Source: Spirochaetia bacterium (lineage in GTDB: Bacteria; Spirochaetota; Spirochaetia; SZUA-6; Bin103). From it: a stretch of DNA of 64,000 nt. Of this stretch, positions 9,601-24,600 are shown piece after piece (position 1 is the first letter of the stretch; each line of letters starts with the position of its first letter). Made by a program: the position numbers and the translations under genes. The DNA lies in assembly GCA_965198005.1 (NCBI GenBank), contig CBDAOI010000004.1, forward strand, positions 1 to 64,000, given 5' to 3'. The notes under the pieces are model-generated. The model worked only from the letters and a program-made list of their open reading frames with translations. It was not told where the DNA came from and ran no database searches.

Positions 9601-12600
9601 ATCACCCGCGACGACGGCGTCGACGAACCCGACGGCTCGGTGACCTTCACCCTGCTGGAGGGCTCCGAGTACACCGGCGAGTACACCATCGCGCCCGACA
9701 GCCCCAGGAGCGTGACCGTCACGGTCGCCGACGACGACCTGCCGGTGGTGACGATGGCGGCCAGCGACGACCGCGTCGAGGAGGGCGACGTGCTCACCGT
9801 CACGCTGACCCGCGACGGCTACCTCGACGCGCCCCTGACCATCCCCGTCGGCCACCTGCGGAGCCGCTACCGGCCCGACCGGTCGTCGGGCACCACGGCC
9901 CACGGCCCGCTGGTGTTCGCCGCCGGCAGCGCCACCACGACCCTCACCATCACCACCGAGGACGACGACTTCTACTACGGCACCCGGGAGCTGAGATTCC
10001 AGCTTCGCCCCGACGGCTCCGATCTCTTTCGCCTCCCCGCCGGCGAGGAAACGCGGATGTCAGTGCACGTTGGCGACGATGACCGTCGCCGCGTCACCCT
10101 GCGGGTGGAGGCGGTCGAGCCGACCGTGTCGGAAGCGGAGCAGGCATGCTTCCTGATCATCGCGGAGCGGCTCTGGTTCGGACCCTATTGGACGCCCGTC
10201 TACGGCTACCGGATGCTCGCCTACTTCGGCAACGTCGGACGGGAAGACTCCTTTGTGCGCGGCGTTCCCGCGGGGAACAACAGGGAACTGCCCGGCACGA
10301 CGATGCATGAGGCGCGCCAGCGGCACTGCTTCGATCTCGACGACGACGACCGGTACGAGCCCGACGGCGCGGTCGATCTCACGGTGGTCTATTTCCTCGA
10401 CGGCTTCCCTTCGCGCCAGCCCAGCGCCGCGGTGACGGTGACCGACAACGACTTCGTGCCCACGCCGGTGAGCATCGCCGCCACCCGCGCGGAGCTGCCC
10501 GAGGGCGCCAACGCCTACTTCACCGTGACCCGCGTCCCCGGCACCTTCGGCGACGGCCCGCTGCCGGTGACCGCGCGGGTCATCGAGGAGGGCGACTACC
10601 TGGACCGCAGCAGCGGCTGGGGAGCCTTCCTCGACGCCGACAACCACCTGCGGTTGCCCTTCCGGGACGGGGCCGCGACCTACACCTTCTGGCTCGACAC
10701 CGTCAACGACGCCAGCGCCGAGCGGCCCGGCTCCCTGACCGTCGAGCTGGTGGCCCCGGACGCCGACGCCGGCTACGTCCTCGGCGCCGCCGTCAGCGCC
10801 ACCACCGCGCTGCGCAGCGACGACCCGGGCACGGTGTCGGTCGCACCGGTCTCCACCCCGGTCACCGAGGGCGAGGACGCCGTGTTCCGCTTCACCCGCA
10901 CCGGCTCCCAGGGCAGCTTGCGGGTGCACGTGGACATGAGCGCCCACGCGAAGGTGATGAGCGAGGCCAGCCGCGCCCTGGCGGCGAACACCGGGCCGGC
11001 GCCCGACCTCACCGTCGTGTTCGAGGACGGTGTGACCGAGGTGACGCAGACCCTGACCACCGAGGCCGACCGCTACAACGAGGGCGACGGCGAGATCGTG
11101 CTGATCATCGAGCGCCTCCGCCCCGGCCCCGGCGCGCTGCCGTACCGCGTCGCCGGCGCCGCGTCGGCCACGGTGCTGGTGCGGGACGACGACATTCCGG
11201 AGGTCGAGCTGAACTGGATCAGCCCGCCGGTGGCGCTGGTGGACAACGTCTGGGTCGGCGAGATCGTCGAGGGTACGGAAATCGAGCTCGAGATCACCTG
11301 CGCGGGAGACTCACTCCCTCCGCCCCCCATCCAAGGGTTATCTGAATTCGGAAGCTGGCGCTTCATCCTCGAGCACGAAGAGATAATGAATCACCCGGAA
11401 GACGCAGACCGACCTTTGAGCCGTGATACTTCAAGAAGATCCTATCGATACCCGTGCGCAGGTCAAACGCTTGACGATTCTCACGACGGTATTTCCTTTG
11501 TCGGACACAATAGATTCACCGGCCCCGACAACGGCACAGTCCGGTTGGATCTGCTCCCTCAGCAGTACGATACCGGGTATTCTGACTTCCACCAGTATTG
11601 TTATCAGGACATGGTCGGGCCTGCCTGGAAGAACGGCAACGTCGAGTTCTGCCCCAAGTACACCCTCGGCGCGGTCACCTCGGCGCGCGTCACCGTGCTC
11701 AACCGCAACCCCACCATCACCGTGGCGGCGGTCGCCGACGAGGTGACCGAGGGCGAGCCCGCCCGCTTCCGGCTGACGCGCATCTGGAATGAGGACAACC
11801 TGAATCCGCAGTACGGGTACCCCACCACGGTGCAGCTCACCGCCGCGGCCAAGGGCGGCTACGTCGCCGGCAAGCTGCCGACCGGCTCGCACACGTTCGA
11901 CCGCGGCGTCACCGAGATGATCATCGAGGTCCCCACCGTGGCCGACGACCGGAACGCGCCGGACGGCGAGGTCACGCTGGAGCTGCTGCCGCAGGGCACG
12001 GAGGAGACGCGGGAGACCATCGGCAGTTCCTACGAGGTCTACGACCAACTTCCGGGGATCACGCCGCCCGGCAAGAGCTCGCTGCGGGCGACGGTGCGCA
12101 TCCTCAACGACCCCGAGGTGCGCCTCGCCGTCGGCGCCGACCGCGTCTTCGTCGAGGGCGACGGGACCAGCTTCTTCGCGGTGACCCTGACGCAGCCGTC
12201 GACGAAGGAGGTGACCGTGAACTGGTTGACCGAAGACGGCAACGCGGTCGCCGGCCAGGACTACGTTGCCGGCAACGGCACGCTGACTTTCGCCGTCGGC
12301 GAGGTCGCGAAGACGATCACCGTGGAGCTGATCGACGACGAGGTGGCGGAGCCGATCGAGAACTTCGGCGTGACCCTGAGAGAAGCGCGGAACGCGGAGA
12401 TTCTCGTGTTCCTCGGCTTCGGCACGATCATCGACGACGACGCGCCGCCGGTGACCATCGCGGCGCGCACCGCCAGCGTGGTCGAGGGCGACGACGCCGT
12501 GTTCGTGCTCACCCGCGGCGGCGACGTCGGCGAGGCGCTGGACGCCGGCGTGCGGATCCGCCGCTACGAGCCCGGGGCGCCGGAGCTGCCCGGCACCGCG

Positions 12601-15600
12601 CGCTTCCCCGCCGGCTCGCGCACCGCCGAGGTGAAGGTGCCGACCACCGACGACGGCGCCCTCGACACGCAGGAACGGGTGGTCCGCGCCACCGTCACCG
12701 CGGGCGACGACGACGGCTACGTGGTCGGCGATCCGGGCAGCGCCGCGGTCGCGGTCACCGACAACGACGCGGTGCGCCGGCTGCGCCTGGAGCGGGCGAT
12801 CGCGCCCACCTTCGTCGCCGCCGGCAACGAGGTGTACTTCGGCTACACGGTGCGCAACCTCGGCAACGTGGCCAGCGGCGCGCCGCTCACCATCGTCGAC
12901 GACGTGGCCGGCGAGCTCACCTGCGGCACCGAGCCGCTCGCCCCGCGCGCCGGGGACCAGGAGGACCAGGCGCTGTGCGCCACCACCTACGTGGTCACCG
13001 CCGCCGACGTCGCCGCCGGGCGCATCGTCAGCAGCGCCTACGCCACCGACGGGGTCACCCGCAGCCCGGAGGCGCGCGTGGTGGTGGTGCGGCAGGACCA
13101 GGCGGTGCTGTCGATCTGCAACGGCGACCTGCACGCGGGGGCGTTCTGCGACCCGACCTGGGAGGTGGCCGAGGACGCCGGCTCGGTGACCCTGACGGTG
13201 TACCTGTCGCACGAGCTGACCTCGGAGGTGACCGTGCCGTGGGAGACCGCCGCCGCCACCGCCACCGAGGACGCGGACTTCGCCGCCGGTGAGGGCACCC
13301 TCACCTTCGCCGCCGGCGACCGCAGCAGGACCGTCGTGGTCACCATCACCGACGACCTGCTCGACGAGAGCCGCGAGACCTTCCACGTCGATCTCGGCAC
13401 CCCGCACAACGCGGTCCTGGGCGTCGAGCGCGCCACCGTCGCCATCCGCGACGACGACGCGCGCCCCATGCTCAGCCTCGAAGGGCCGTCGCCCGCCCAG
13501 GCGAAGGAAGGAAGCGACGCGCACGTGGAATACTTCCTGACGCTGGAGACGGCCAGCGGGCGGCGCGTCGAGGTGAGCTATGCCACCGCCGACGGCGCGG
13601 CGCCGGCGGCGGCCGATCCGTGGGCGCCGGCGCTGGCCGGAGAGGACTACGAACGCACCGCCGGGCGGTTGACCTTCGCGCCCGGCGAGTCGCGCAAGAC
13701 GGTGCGCATTCCGATCCTCGACGACGCCCTCCATGAGAACCGCGAGGAGTTCCGCTTCACGGTGAGCGACCCGCACGCGGCCGACCTGAACCTGGAGCCG
13801 GCGTCGCCGCGGGTGGTGATTCGCGACGACGACGCGGCCTCGAACCGCATCATTCTCACCGTGTCGCCGAATCCGCTGCCGGAAGCCGGCGGCGATATCC
13901 CCGTCACCGTGACCGGCACCTTCAACAAGGGCGCGCAGCAGGACCCGGTGACCGTCGACCTGGCGATCGCCGGCGGCACCGCCACCGCGGACAGCGACTT
14001 CACGGCGCCGGCGCCGTTCCAACTGACCATTGCCGGCGCGGCGACCTTCGGCACGGCCACCGTCACCCTGAGCGTGACCGGCGACGACCTCGACGAGGAC
14101 GACGAGACCCTGGTCCTGACCGGCACCGCCGACGGGTTCACGATCGGTCCGGCCGGCGGCCGGACGATCACCATCGCCGACGACGACACCCGCGGCCTGG
14201 CGCTGTCGGAGACGGCGCTGGCCATCGACGAGGGCGCGAGCGCCGGCTACACCGTGGCGCTCGCCTCGCAGCCGACCGCGGACGTCACGGTGGCGGTGTC
14301 CGCCGGCGCGGGCGCCGGGCTCACGGTGGCGCCGGCCTCGCTCACCTTCACCGCCGCCGACTGGTCGGACGCGCAGACCGTGACCGTGACCGCCCCGCAG
14401 GACGCCGACGGCGCCGACGAGGCGGCGGTCGTCGCCCACGACGCCACCGGCGGCGACTACGCAGACGAGTCGGCGCAGGTGACGGTGCGGGTCGCCGACG
14501 ACGAGACGCCCTCCACCGCGGTGGCGCTCACCGCGCGGCCGGCGGCGGTGGCCGAGGACGGCGGCGAGCGCGAGGTCACCGTGACCGCGACCCTGGACGC
14601 GGCGCCGCGCAAGAGCGAGACCGCGGTCGCGGTCACCGTGCAGCCGGAGGACGCCGCGCCCGGCGCCGCCGCCGACTGGGCGCCGGTGGACGGCTTCACG
14701 ATCACCATCGCGGCGGGACAGACCAGCGCCGCCGCCACCTTCACGCTGGCGCCGGTGGACGACGACGTGGACGAAGCCGACGAGCGGGAGCAGGTGGCGC
14801 TGCGCGGCGCCACCGGGGTGGCGGCGCTGCCGGTCGCGGACGCCTTCGTCACCGTCACCGACGACGACCAGCGCGGGGTGACGGTGGCGCCGACGGCGCT
14901 GGCCATCGACGAGGGCGACACCGCCGACTACGCCGTGGCGCTCACCTCCGCCCCCACCGGTCCGGTGCTGGTGCTGGTGACGGCGCCGGCGGACGCCGAC
15001 CTGCGCGCCGACCCGCGCCTGCTGGAGTTCACCGCCACCGACTGGAGCACGGCGCAGACGGTCACCGTGCACGCGCTCGCCGACGCCGACGCCGCGGCCG
15101 ACGCCGCGGCCACCCTCACCCACGCGGTCAGCGGCGGCGACTACGACGGCCAGGACGCCGCCGGCGTCACGGTCACCATCGCCGAGACCGACAGCCTGGC
15201 GCTCACGCTCGCCGCCGCGCGCGCCGCCGAGGCGGCCGGCGCGGTGACCTTCACGGTCACGCTGACCGCGGCCGCCACCGCGCCGGTGAGCGTCGCCTAC
15301 GCCACCGCCGACGACGCCACCGCCGACGGCAGCGCGCGCGCCGGCGCCGACTACACGCAGAGCGACGGCACGCTCACCTTCGCGCCGGGCGACACGTCGC
15401 TGCTGATCCGGGTGCCGGTCACCGACGACGCGCTCGACGAGGCGGACGCCGAGACCTTCACCCTGACCCTGAGCGGCGCCGCCGGCGCCCCGCTGGCGGA
15501 CGGCGCGGCCACGCTGACGGTGACCGGCACCATCGAGGACGACGACGTGCGCGGCATCACGGTCGCGCCCACCGCGCTGCCGCTGGCCGAGGACGCCGCC

Positions 15601-18600
15601 GGCAGCTACGCGGTGACGCTGGCCTCGCAGCCGAGCGCGGACGTGACGGTGACGCCGACCGTGACCGGCGACGGCGACGTGACCGTGGCCCCCGCCGCGC
15701 TCACCTTCACCGCCGCCGACTGGCGGCAGGCGCAACGGGTCACGGTGACCGCCGCCGACGACAGCGACGCGGTGGACGACGCGGCCACCGTCACGCACGC
15801 GGTGGGCGGCGGCGACTACCAGGCGCACGGGGTGGTGGCGGCGCCGGTGACGGTCACCGTGGACGACGACGACAGCGCCTCGACCGCGGTGGCGCTGAGC
15901 GTCGCGCCGGCGGCGCTGGCGGAGGCTGCCGCGGCCACCGCGGTGACGGTGACCGCGGCGCTGGACGCCGCCGCGCGCACCGCCGCCACGGCGGTGACCG
16001 TGACGGTCGGCTCCGGCACCGCCACCGCGGGGGCGGACTTCGCCGCCGTGGACGCGTTCACCGTGACCATCCCCGCCGGCGCGTACCGCGCCACCGGCAG
16101 CTTCCGCCTGGCGCCGGTGGGCGATGCCCTGGACGAGGGCGACGAGACGGTGGCGGTGTCCGGCAGCACGGACGCCGCCGGCCTCGAGGTGACCGGGGCG
16201 GTGGTCGCGATCGCCGACGACGACGCGCGCGGGATGACGGTCTCCGCGCACGAGCTGGACCTGGACGAGGGCGACGAGCGCACCTACACGGTGGTGCTGA
16301 CCTCGCAGCCGAGCGAAGACGTGACGGTGGACCTGACGGTGGCCGACGACCGCGCGCAGGGCGGCGGCGACGCGGACCGCTCCGCGCCGCTGCGGAAGGG
16401 CGCGGCGGTGACCGTGCAGCCGGCGGCGCTGAGCTTCACGGCGGCGACCTGGCAGACGCCGCAGACGGTGACCGTGCGCGGCGCGGCCGACGCGGACGCC
16501 GCCGACGACCGCGCGCGCATCCTCAACCGCGCGCGCGGCGGCGACTACGACCGGGTGCCGACGGACGTGGTGACGGTCACGGTGCGCGACGACGACACCG
16601 CGGCGCTGACCGTGCCGGCGGCGCTGACCGTGGCCGAGGGCCGCAGCGCGAGCTACCGGGTGGCGCTGGCCACGCGGCCCACCGCGCCGGTGACCGTGAC
16701 CATCGACGGCGCCGCCGGCACCGACCTGACGGTGAGTTCCGCCAAGCTGACCTTCGCCGTCGCCACCTGGGACCGCGCGCAGGAGGTGACGGTGAGCGCC
16801 GCCGCCGACGCCGATGCCGCCGACGACACGGCCACCCTCGGCCACGCCGCCGCCGGCGGCGGCTACGACGGCCTCACCGCGCGGGTGGCGGTGACCGTCA
16901 CCGACACCACCCCGACGCTGCGCATCGCCGGCGCGGCGGCTGCCGAGTCCGCCGGCGCCCTGCGCTTCGAGGCGCTGCTGTCGGCGCCGGCGAGCGGCGC
17001 GGTGACCGTCGGCTACGCCACCGCGGACGGCAGCGCGGAGGCCGGCGCCGACTACACCGCCGCGGCCGCGGACGCCACGCTGACCATCGAAGCGGGCGCG
17101 CGCAGCGCCGTGATCGCGGTGCCGGTGATCGACGACGCGGTCGACGAGGCGGACGCGGAGACCTTCACCGTGACCCTGCGCGACCCCGTGGGCGCGGCGC
17201 TGGCGGACGGCGCGCAGGCGGCCACCGGCACCATCACCGACGACGACGCGCGCGGGGTGACGGTTTCGGAGACGGTGCTGCAGCTCGACGAGGGCTCGAG
17301 CGGCAGCTACACGGTGGTGCTGCGCTCGCGGCCGACCGAGGACGTGACGGTGACGGTGGCCGGTGCGGCGGGCGACGTGAGCGTGGCCGCGGCGAGCCGC
17401 ACGCTGCGCTTCGCCGCCGGCGCCTGGGACACCGCGCAGACGGTGACGGTGCGCGCGGCGGAGGACGACGACGCGCTGGCGGACGCCGCGGTGACCCTGA
17501 CCCACACGGTAAGCGGCGGCGACTACGGCGGCGTGGCCGCCGCCCCGGTGACGGTGCGGGTCTTCGAGAACGACCTGCCGGTGCTGGCGCTGGCCGGCGT
17601 GAGCGCGGCCGAGGACGCCGGCGCGCTGGTGCTCGCGGTGACCCTGAGCACGCCGAGCAGCCGCGAGGTGACCGTCGCCTACCGCACCGCGGACGGCAGC
17701 GGCGCCGCCGGCGCGGTGGCCGGGGAGGATTACCAGGAGAGGACGGGAACGCTGGCCTTCCCCGCCGGCAGCAGCGCGGCGCGGGAGATCCGCGTGCCGC
17801 TGCTCGACGACGCGCTGGCCGAGGGCGACGAGACCTTCACCGTGACCCTGCACGGCGCCGCCCACGCCACGCTGGACGGCGGCGGCGCCACGCTGGCGGC
17901 CACGGCCACCATCGTCGACGACGACGGGCGCGGGGTGACGGTGGCGCCGACCTCGCTGGAGATCCCGGAAGGCGACAGCGCGACCTACACGGTGGCGCTG
18001 CGCTCGCAGCCGACCGACGCCGTGACCGTGACGGTGGCGGGCTGGCAGGACGACGTGAACGTGCCGACGGCGAGCCGCACGCTGAACTTCACGACCGGCT
18101 CCTGGGACACGGCGCAGACGGTGACGGTGGAAACGAAGGAGGACGAGGACGCGCTGGCGGACGCCCTGGTGACCCTGACGCACACGGCGAGCGGCGGCGA
18201 CTACGGCGGCGTGGCCGCCGAGCCGGTGACGGTGCGCATCATCGAGGACGACACGCCGGTGCTGGCGATCGCCGGCGCGCGCGCGGCCGAGGACGCCGGC
18301 GAGCTGGTGTTCGCGGTGACGCTGAGCCTGGCCGGCAGCGAGCAGGTGACCGTCGACTACGACACCGCCGACGGCAGCGGCGACGCCGGCGCGAAGGCCG
18401 GGCACGACTACCGACGCCGTGAGCGGCACGCTGACCTTCGCGGCCGGGACCACCGCGGCGCAGGAGATCCGCGTGCCGATCACCGACGACGCGGTGGACG
18501 AGGCGGCCGAGGAGACCTTCACGGTGACGCTGAGCAACGCGCAGGAGGCGGATCTGGCCGGTGGCGGGGGCGATCTGGCGGCCACCGGCACCATCCTCGA

Positions 18601-21600
18601 CGACGACGCGCGCGGGGTGACGGTGTCGCCGACGGCGCTGGCGATCGACGAGGGCGCAAGCGGCTCCTACACGGTGGTGCTGACCTCGCAGCCGACCGGC
18701 GCCGTGACCGTGCGGGCCACCATTGCGGGGGACACCGACGGCTCGCTGTCCCCGGCGGCGCTGACCTTCGGGGCCGCCGACTGGAGCACGGCGCAGACGG
18801 TCACGGTGCGCGCCGCCGAGGACGACGACGCGCTCGCCGACGAGCTGCGCGTGACGCACGCGGTGACCGGCGCCGACTACGACGGGGTGCCGGCGGCGGC
18901 GGTGGCGGTGCGCATCGTCGAGAACGACCGGCCGGAGCTGGCGCTGGCCGCCGCGCGCGCCGCCGAGGACGCCGGCGAGCTGGTGTTCACGGTGACGCCG
19001 AGCCTGGCCAGCAGCGAGCGCGTCACCGTCGACTACGCCACCGCCGACGGCAGCGGCGCCGCCGGCGCGCAGGCCGGGCACGACTACCAGGCCGTGAGCG
19101 GCACCCTGATCTTCCCCGCCGGCGCGGCGGCGGCGCAGGAGATCCGCGTGCCGGTCACCGACGACGACGCCGACGAGGAAGAGGAAGAGACCTTCACGCT
19201 GACGCTGAGCGGCGCGCTGCAGGCCACGCTGGACGGCGGCGGCGCCACCCTGGCGGCCACCGGCACCATCGTCGACGACGATGATCCGGCGGTCACCGTG
19301 GCGTTCGCGAGCGAGCGCGTCACCGCCACCGAGGGCGGCGCCGCGGCCATCGTGCGGGTCGCGCTGAGCGCCGATCCGGAGCGCACCGTGGCGGTGCCGC
19401 TGACGCGGGCGCCGGGGGACGGCGTGGCGGACGGCGACTACGCCGGGGTGCCGGCGAGCGTCACCTTCGGCGCCGGCGAAACCGCCGCCTCCTTCACCGT
19501 GAGCGCCACCGACGACGCCGTCGACGAGGACGACGAGCGCGTCGCGCTCGGCTTCGGGACGCCGCTGCCCGCCGGGGTGACGCCCGGCAGCCCGAGCGGC
19601 GTCACCGTGACGCTGGCCGACGACGACGACCGCGGCGTGACGGTGGCGGAGACGGCGCTGGCGATCGACGAGGGCGCCGGCGGCTCGTACACGGTGGCGC
19701 TGACGTCGCAGCCGACCGAGGACGTGATCGTGACGGCGGCGCTGTCCTCCGCTGCCGAGGTGTCGCTGGACCGCACCACGCTGACCTTCACCGCCGGCGA
19801 CTGGCGCACGGCGCAGACGGTCACGGTCACCGCGGCGGCCGACGACGACGCGGTGGTGCCCGCCGCGGTCACCATCACGCACACCGTCGCCGGCGGCGAC
19901 TACGACGGCGCGGACGCCGCCGCCGTGACGGTGCGCATCACCGAGACCGACACCCCGGCGCTCGGCCTGGTGGCGGACGCGCGCGCCGGCGAGGCCGCCG
20001 GCAGCCTGACCTTCACCGTCCGCATGAGCGTGGCCAGCAGCGACACGGTGACGGTGGCGTGGTCGACCGCCGCCGGCACGGCCTGGGCCGGCAGCGACTA
20101 CACGCAGCGGAGCGGCAGCCTCACCTTCCGGCCCGGCGAGCCGCTCAGCCGGACCGTCAGCGTGCCGATCGCCGACGATCGGGTCGACGAGCAGGACGAG
20201 ACCTTCACGGTGACGCTGAGCGACCCCGAGCACGCGGAGCTGGCGGACGCCGTTGCGACCGGCACGATCGTCGACGACGACACCCGCGGGGTGGCGCTGT
20301 CGACCGCCGCGCTGGCGTTCCTCGAAGGCGGCGACGGCGGCAGCTACACGGTGGCGCTGACCTCGCAGCCGACCGAGGCGGTGACGGTGGCGCCGGCGGC
20401 GGCGGCCGGTTCCGACGCCGACGTGACCTTCGCGCCGGCGAGCCTGCGTTTCAGCACCGTCGACTGGGCCACCGCCCAGACCGTGACCGTCGACGCGCGG
20501 CAGGACTGGGACGCGGTCAACGACGAGGCCACCATCACGCATGGGCTCACCGGCGGCGACTACGCCGGCCTGGACGTGGCCTCGGTCGCGGTGACCGTGC
20601 TCGACGACGAGACCGCCTCCACCGCGGTGGCGCTGGCGGTGGCGCCGGCGAGCGTGGCCGAGGACGTGGGCACGGCGGGACGGGAAGTGACCGTGACCGC
20701 CACCCTGAACGCGGCGCCGCGCACGGAGTCGACGGCGGTGACGGTGGCGGTGGCGCCCGGCACCGCGCTGGCCGCGGACTTCGCGGCGGTGCCCGACGTC
20801 CCCCTCACCATCGCCGCGGGCGAGCCGGACGCGACGGCCACCTTCACGCTCAAGCCGGTGGACGACGAGGTGGACGAGGACGCCGAAACGGTGACCGTGA
20901 GCGGCACGACCACGTCGGGCCTGACGGTGAACCCCGCGGCCGGGCTGACGCTGACCATCACCGACGACGACCAGCGCGGGGTGACGGTGTCGGAGACGGA
21001 GCTGGAGATAGACGAGGGCGCCAGCGGCTCCTACACGGTGGTGCTGACCTCGCAGCCGACCGCGGACGTGACGGTCGCGGTGACCGTGCCGCCGTACGCC
21101 GGCCTGGCGGCGGCCCCGCTCAGCCTGACCTTCACGGCCGACGACTGGGACACGGCGCAGGCGGTGACGGTGACCGCGGCCGCGGACGACGACGCCATCG
21201 CCCCCGCGCCGGCGACGCTGCGCCACGCGGTGAGCGGCGCCGACTACGGCGCGGTGCGGGCGGCGCCCGTGAAGGTGACCATCGTCGAGACCACGGTGCC
21301 GGCGCTGGCGATCGCCGGCGGGCGCGCGGCGGAGTCCGCCGGCGAGGTGGTGTTCACCGTGACGCTGAGCACCGCCGACAGCCAGGCGGTGATCGTCGAC
21401 TACGCCAGCGCCGACGGCACCGCGACCGCCGGGCAGGACTACACGGCGGTGCGCGGCAGCCTCACCTTTCCCGCCACCGACGCGGCGCCGCGCAAGATCG
21501 CCGTGCCGCTGCTCGACGACGCCGCCGACGAGGAAGAGGAAGAGACCTTCACGGTGACGCTGAGCGCCCCGGCGGACGCGGACACGCCGCTGCGCGCGGC

Positions 21601-24600
21601 CCTCACCGACGCCACGGCGACGGCCCGCGGGACCATCGCCGACGACGATGATCCGGCGGTCACGGCGGCGTTCGCGGCGGCCTCCTACGCGGCGGCCGAG
21701 GGCGGCGCCGCGGCGGCGGTCACGGTGCGCCTGAGCGCCGATCCCGAGCGCACGCTGGTGCTGCCGCTGACCGTCGCGCACCACGGCGGTGCCAGCGCGG
21801 ACGACTACGCCGGCCTGCCGCCGGGCCGGACCGTGCGCTTCGCCGCCGGCGTGCAGGAGGCGGCCTTCACCATCACCGCCACCGACGACGCGCTGGACGA
21901 CGACGGCGAGAGCCTCGTGCTCGGCTTCGGGGAGCTGCCCGACGGGGTCACCGCCGGCGCCGTGCCGGCGGCGACCGTGACCCTGACCGACGACGACGCG
22001 ACGCCGGCGGTGACCGGCGCGACCGCGTTCGCGGTGGCGGAGGGGGCGACCGCGGTGACCGAGCTGGCCGCCACCGACGCCGACCTCGGCGCCGGCGACG
22101 CTGGCCTGGTCGCCGGCGGCCGGCGGCGCGGACAACGCGCACTTCACGCTGGCCGCCGCCGGCGTGCTGGCGTTCACCGGCGCCAAGGACTACGAGAACC
22201 CGGACGACGCCGACGGCGACCGCGTGTACGAGCTGACCGTGCAGGTGAGCGACGGCGCCAACGCGGCCACCGCCGACCTGACCGTGACCCTCACCGACGT
22301 GGCGCCCGTGGTGAGCATCGCGGCGGCGGCGCCGGCGGTCGTGGAGGGCGCGCCGGCGCAGTTCACGGTGACCCGCGCGGACGACCTGTCCGGGGCGCTG
22401 GCGGCGGCGCTGGCGGTGACCGCCGACGGCGCCGTGCTGGCGGCCACCGAGACGGCCGGCGCGCGCACGGTGGCGTTCGGCGACGGCGCGGCGAGCGTGC
22501 TGCTCGGCGTGGCCACCGCCGCCGACGACCTGGACGAGGCGGACGGCGCGGTCACCGCGACCCTGCAGGCCGGCGCCGGCTACCGGCTCGGGACGCCGGC
22601 CGCGGCCACGGTGACCGTCGGCGACGACGACCCGCTGCCGGCGCTGAGCATCGCCGACGCCGCCGGCGCCGAGGCGGATGCGCCGCTGGCGTTCACGGTC
22701 AGCCTCACCAACGCGGCGGCGCCGGCGCTCGGCAGCGGGCGGCCGGTGACCGTGGCCTGGGCCACCACCGACGGCAGCGCCGCGGCCGGCGCCGACTACA
22801 CCGCGGTGGCCGACGGCACGCTGACCTTCGCCGCCGGGCAGACCGGCGCCACCATCGAGGTGTCGCTGCTGGGCGACGCCCTGGACGAGGGCGAAGAGAC
22901 CTTCACCGTCACCCTGAGCCCGCCGCGCAGGCCGGCACGCTGCTGCACGCCGCCCTGCAGGACGCCACCGCCACCGGCACCATCACCGACGACGACACCC
23001 GCGGCGTGACGGTGTCGGAGGAGGCACTGGACATCGACGAGGGGGCCAGCGCGACCTACACGGTGGTGCTGACCTCACAGCCCACGGACACGGTGACCGT
23101 GGGCGTGGGCAAGAGCTCGGACTCGGACCCCGACGTGACGGCCTCGCCGGCGACGCTGACGTTCACGACCGGCACCTGGAACACGCCGCAGACGGTCACC
23201 GTGCGCGGCGGCCAGGACGCCGACGCGGAGAACGACGCGGCGACCATCGAGCACACGGTCAGCGGCGGCGACTACCAAGACAACGGCGTGACCGCCGCGG
23301 ACGTGGCCGTGACGGTGGACGACGACGAGACCGCGGCGCGCGAGCTGACGCTGGTGCTGACCGTCGCGCACCAGGACGAGGACGGCTCCGGCGACGTGAC
23401 GCTGGGCGACGTGCTGAACTACACGGCCACGGCCACCAACAGCGGCACCCTGACGCTGAGCGCGGTGGCGGTGCGCGACCTGCTGGTGAGCACCGGCGGC
23501 AATGGGTGCGCGACGCTGGCGGTGGGCGCGGAGTGCAAGCTGACCGTCAGCTACACGGTGACCCAGGTGAACGTGGACGCGGGCCAGGTGGTGAACACGG
23601 CCACCGCGACCGCGACGGACGTGACCGAGGTGACCAGGAGCGTGACCACGGCGGTGGCGCAGCAGCGGGCGCTGACCCTGGCGCTGAGCGCGGACGTGGC
23701 GAGCTTCGACAGCGTGGACGACACCATCACCTACGCCTACACGGTGACCAACAGCGGCACCGTGACCCTGAGCGGAACGGTGACGATCACCGACGACACG
23801 GTCGCAGCCGCAGCGATCACCTGCGACGCGCTGCCGTCGAGCGGGCTGGCGCCGGCGGCCACGGCGAGCTGCTCGGGCACCTACGCCACGCTGCAGCCCG
23901 ACGTGGACGCGGGCGGCGTGGCCAGCAGCGCGACGGCCAGCCTGGGCGGGACCACCTCGGCGGCGGCGACGCTGCGGGTGCCCTGGGCGGCCGCGCAGGG
24001 CGGCGAGTCGCCGGTGCTGACGATCGCCGGCGTGAACGGCAGAGAGGACGCCGGGCAGTTCGCGTTCGCGGTGAGCCTGAGCCCGGCGAGCCTGCAGACG
24101 GTGACGGTGGCCTACGCGACCGCGGACGGCACGGCGACGGAGGGCACGGACTACACCGGGGCGCGCGGCACGCTGACGTTCGCGCCGGGCGCGACCGGCA
24201 GCACGATCACGGTGACGGTGCAGGACGACGAGCTGGACGAGGAGGACGAGAGCTTCACCGTGGAGCTGAGCGCGCCGAGCGACGAGGCGACCCGCTGAAC
24301 GCGACGTTTGCCGGCGGTGGAGAGACGCTGAGCGCCACGGCCACGATCGCGGACGACGACGCCACGCCGGCCATCACCAGCGGGGCGTTCGAGGTGGCCG
24401 AGGGGCAGACCGTGGTCGGGCAGTTGGCGGCGACCGACGCCGACCACGCCGCGGCCGACCTGGCGTGGTCGATCCCGGCCGGCAGCGCCGGCGGCGCGGA
24501 CGCCGCCCACTTCACGCTGAGCGCGGCCGGCGCGCTGGCCTTCGCGGCGGCCAAGGACCACGAGAACCCGGACGACGCGAACACCGACGGCGTGTACGCG

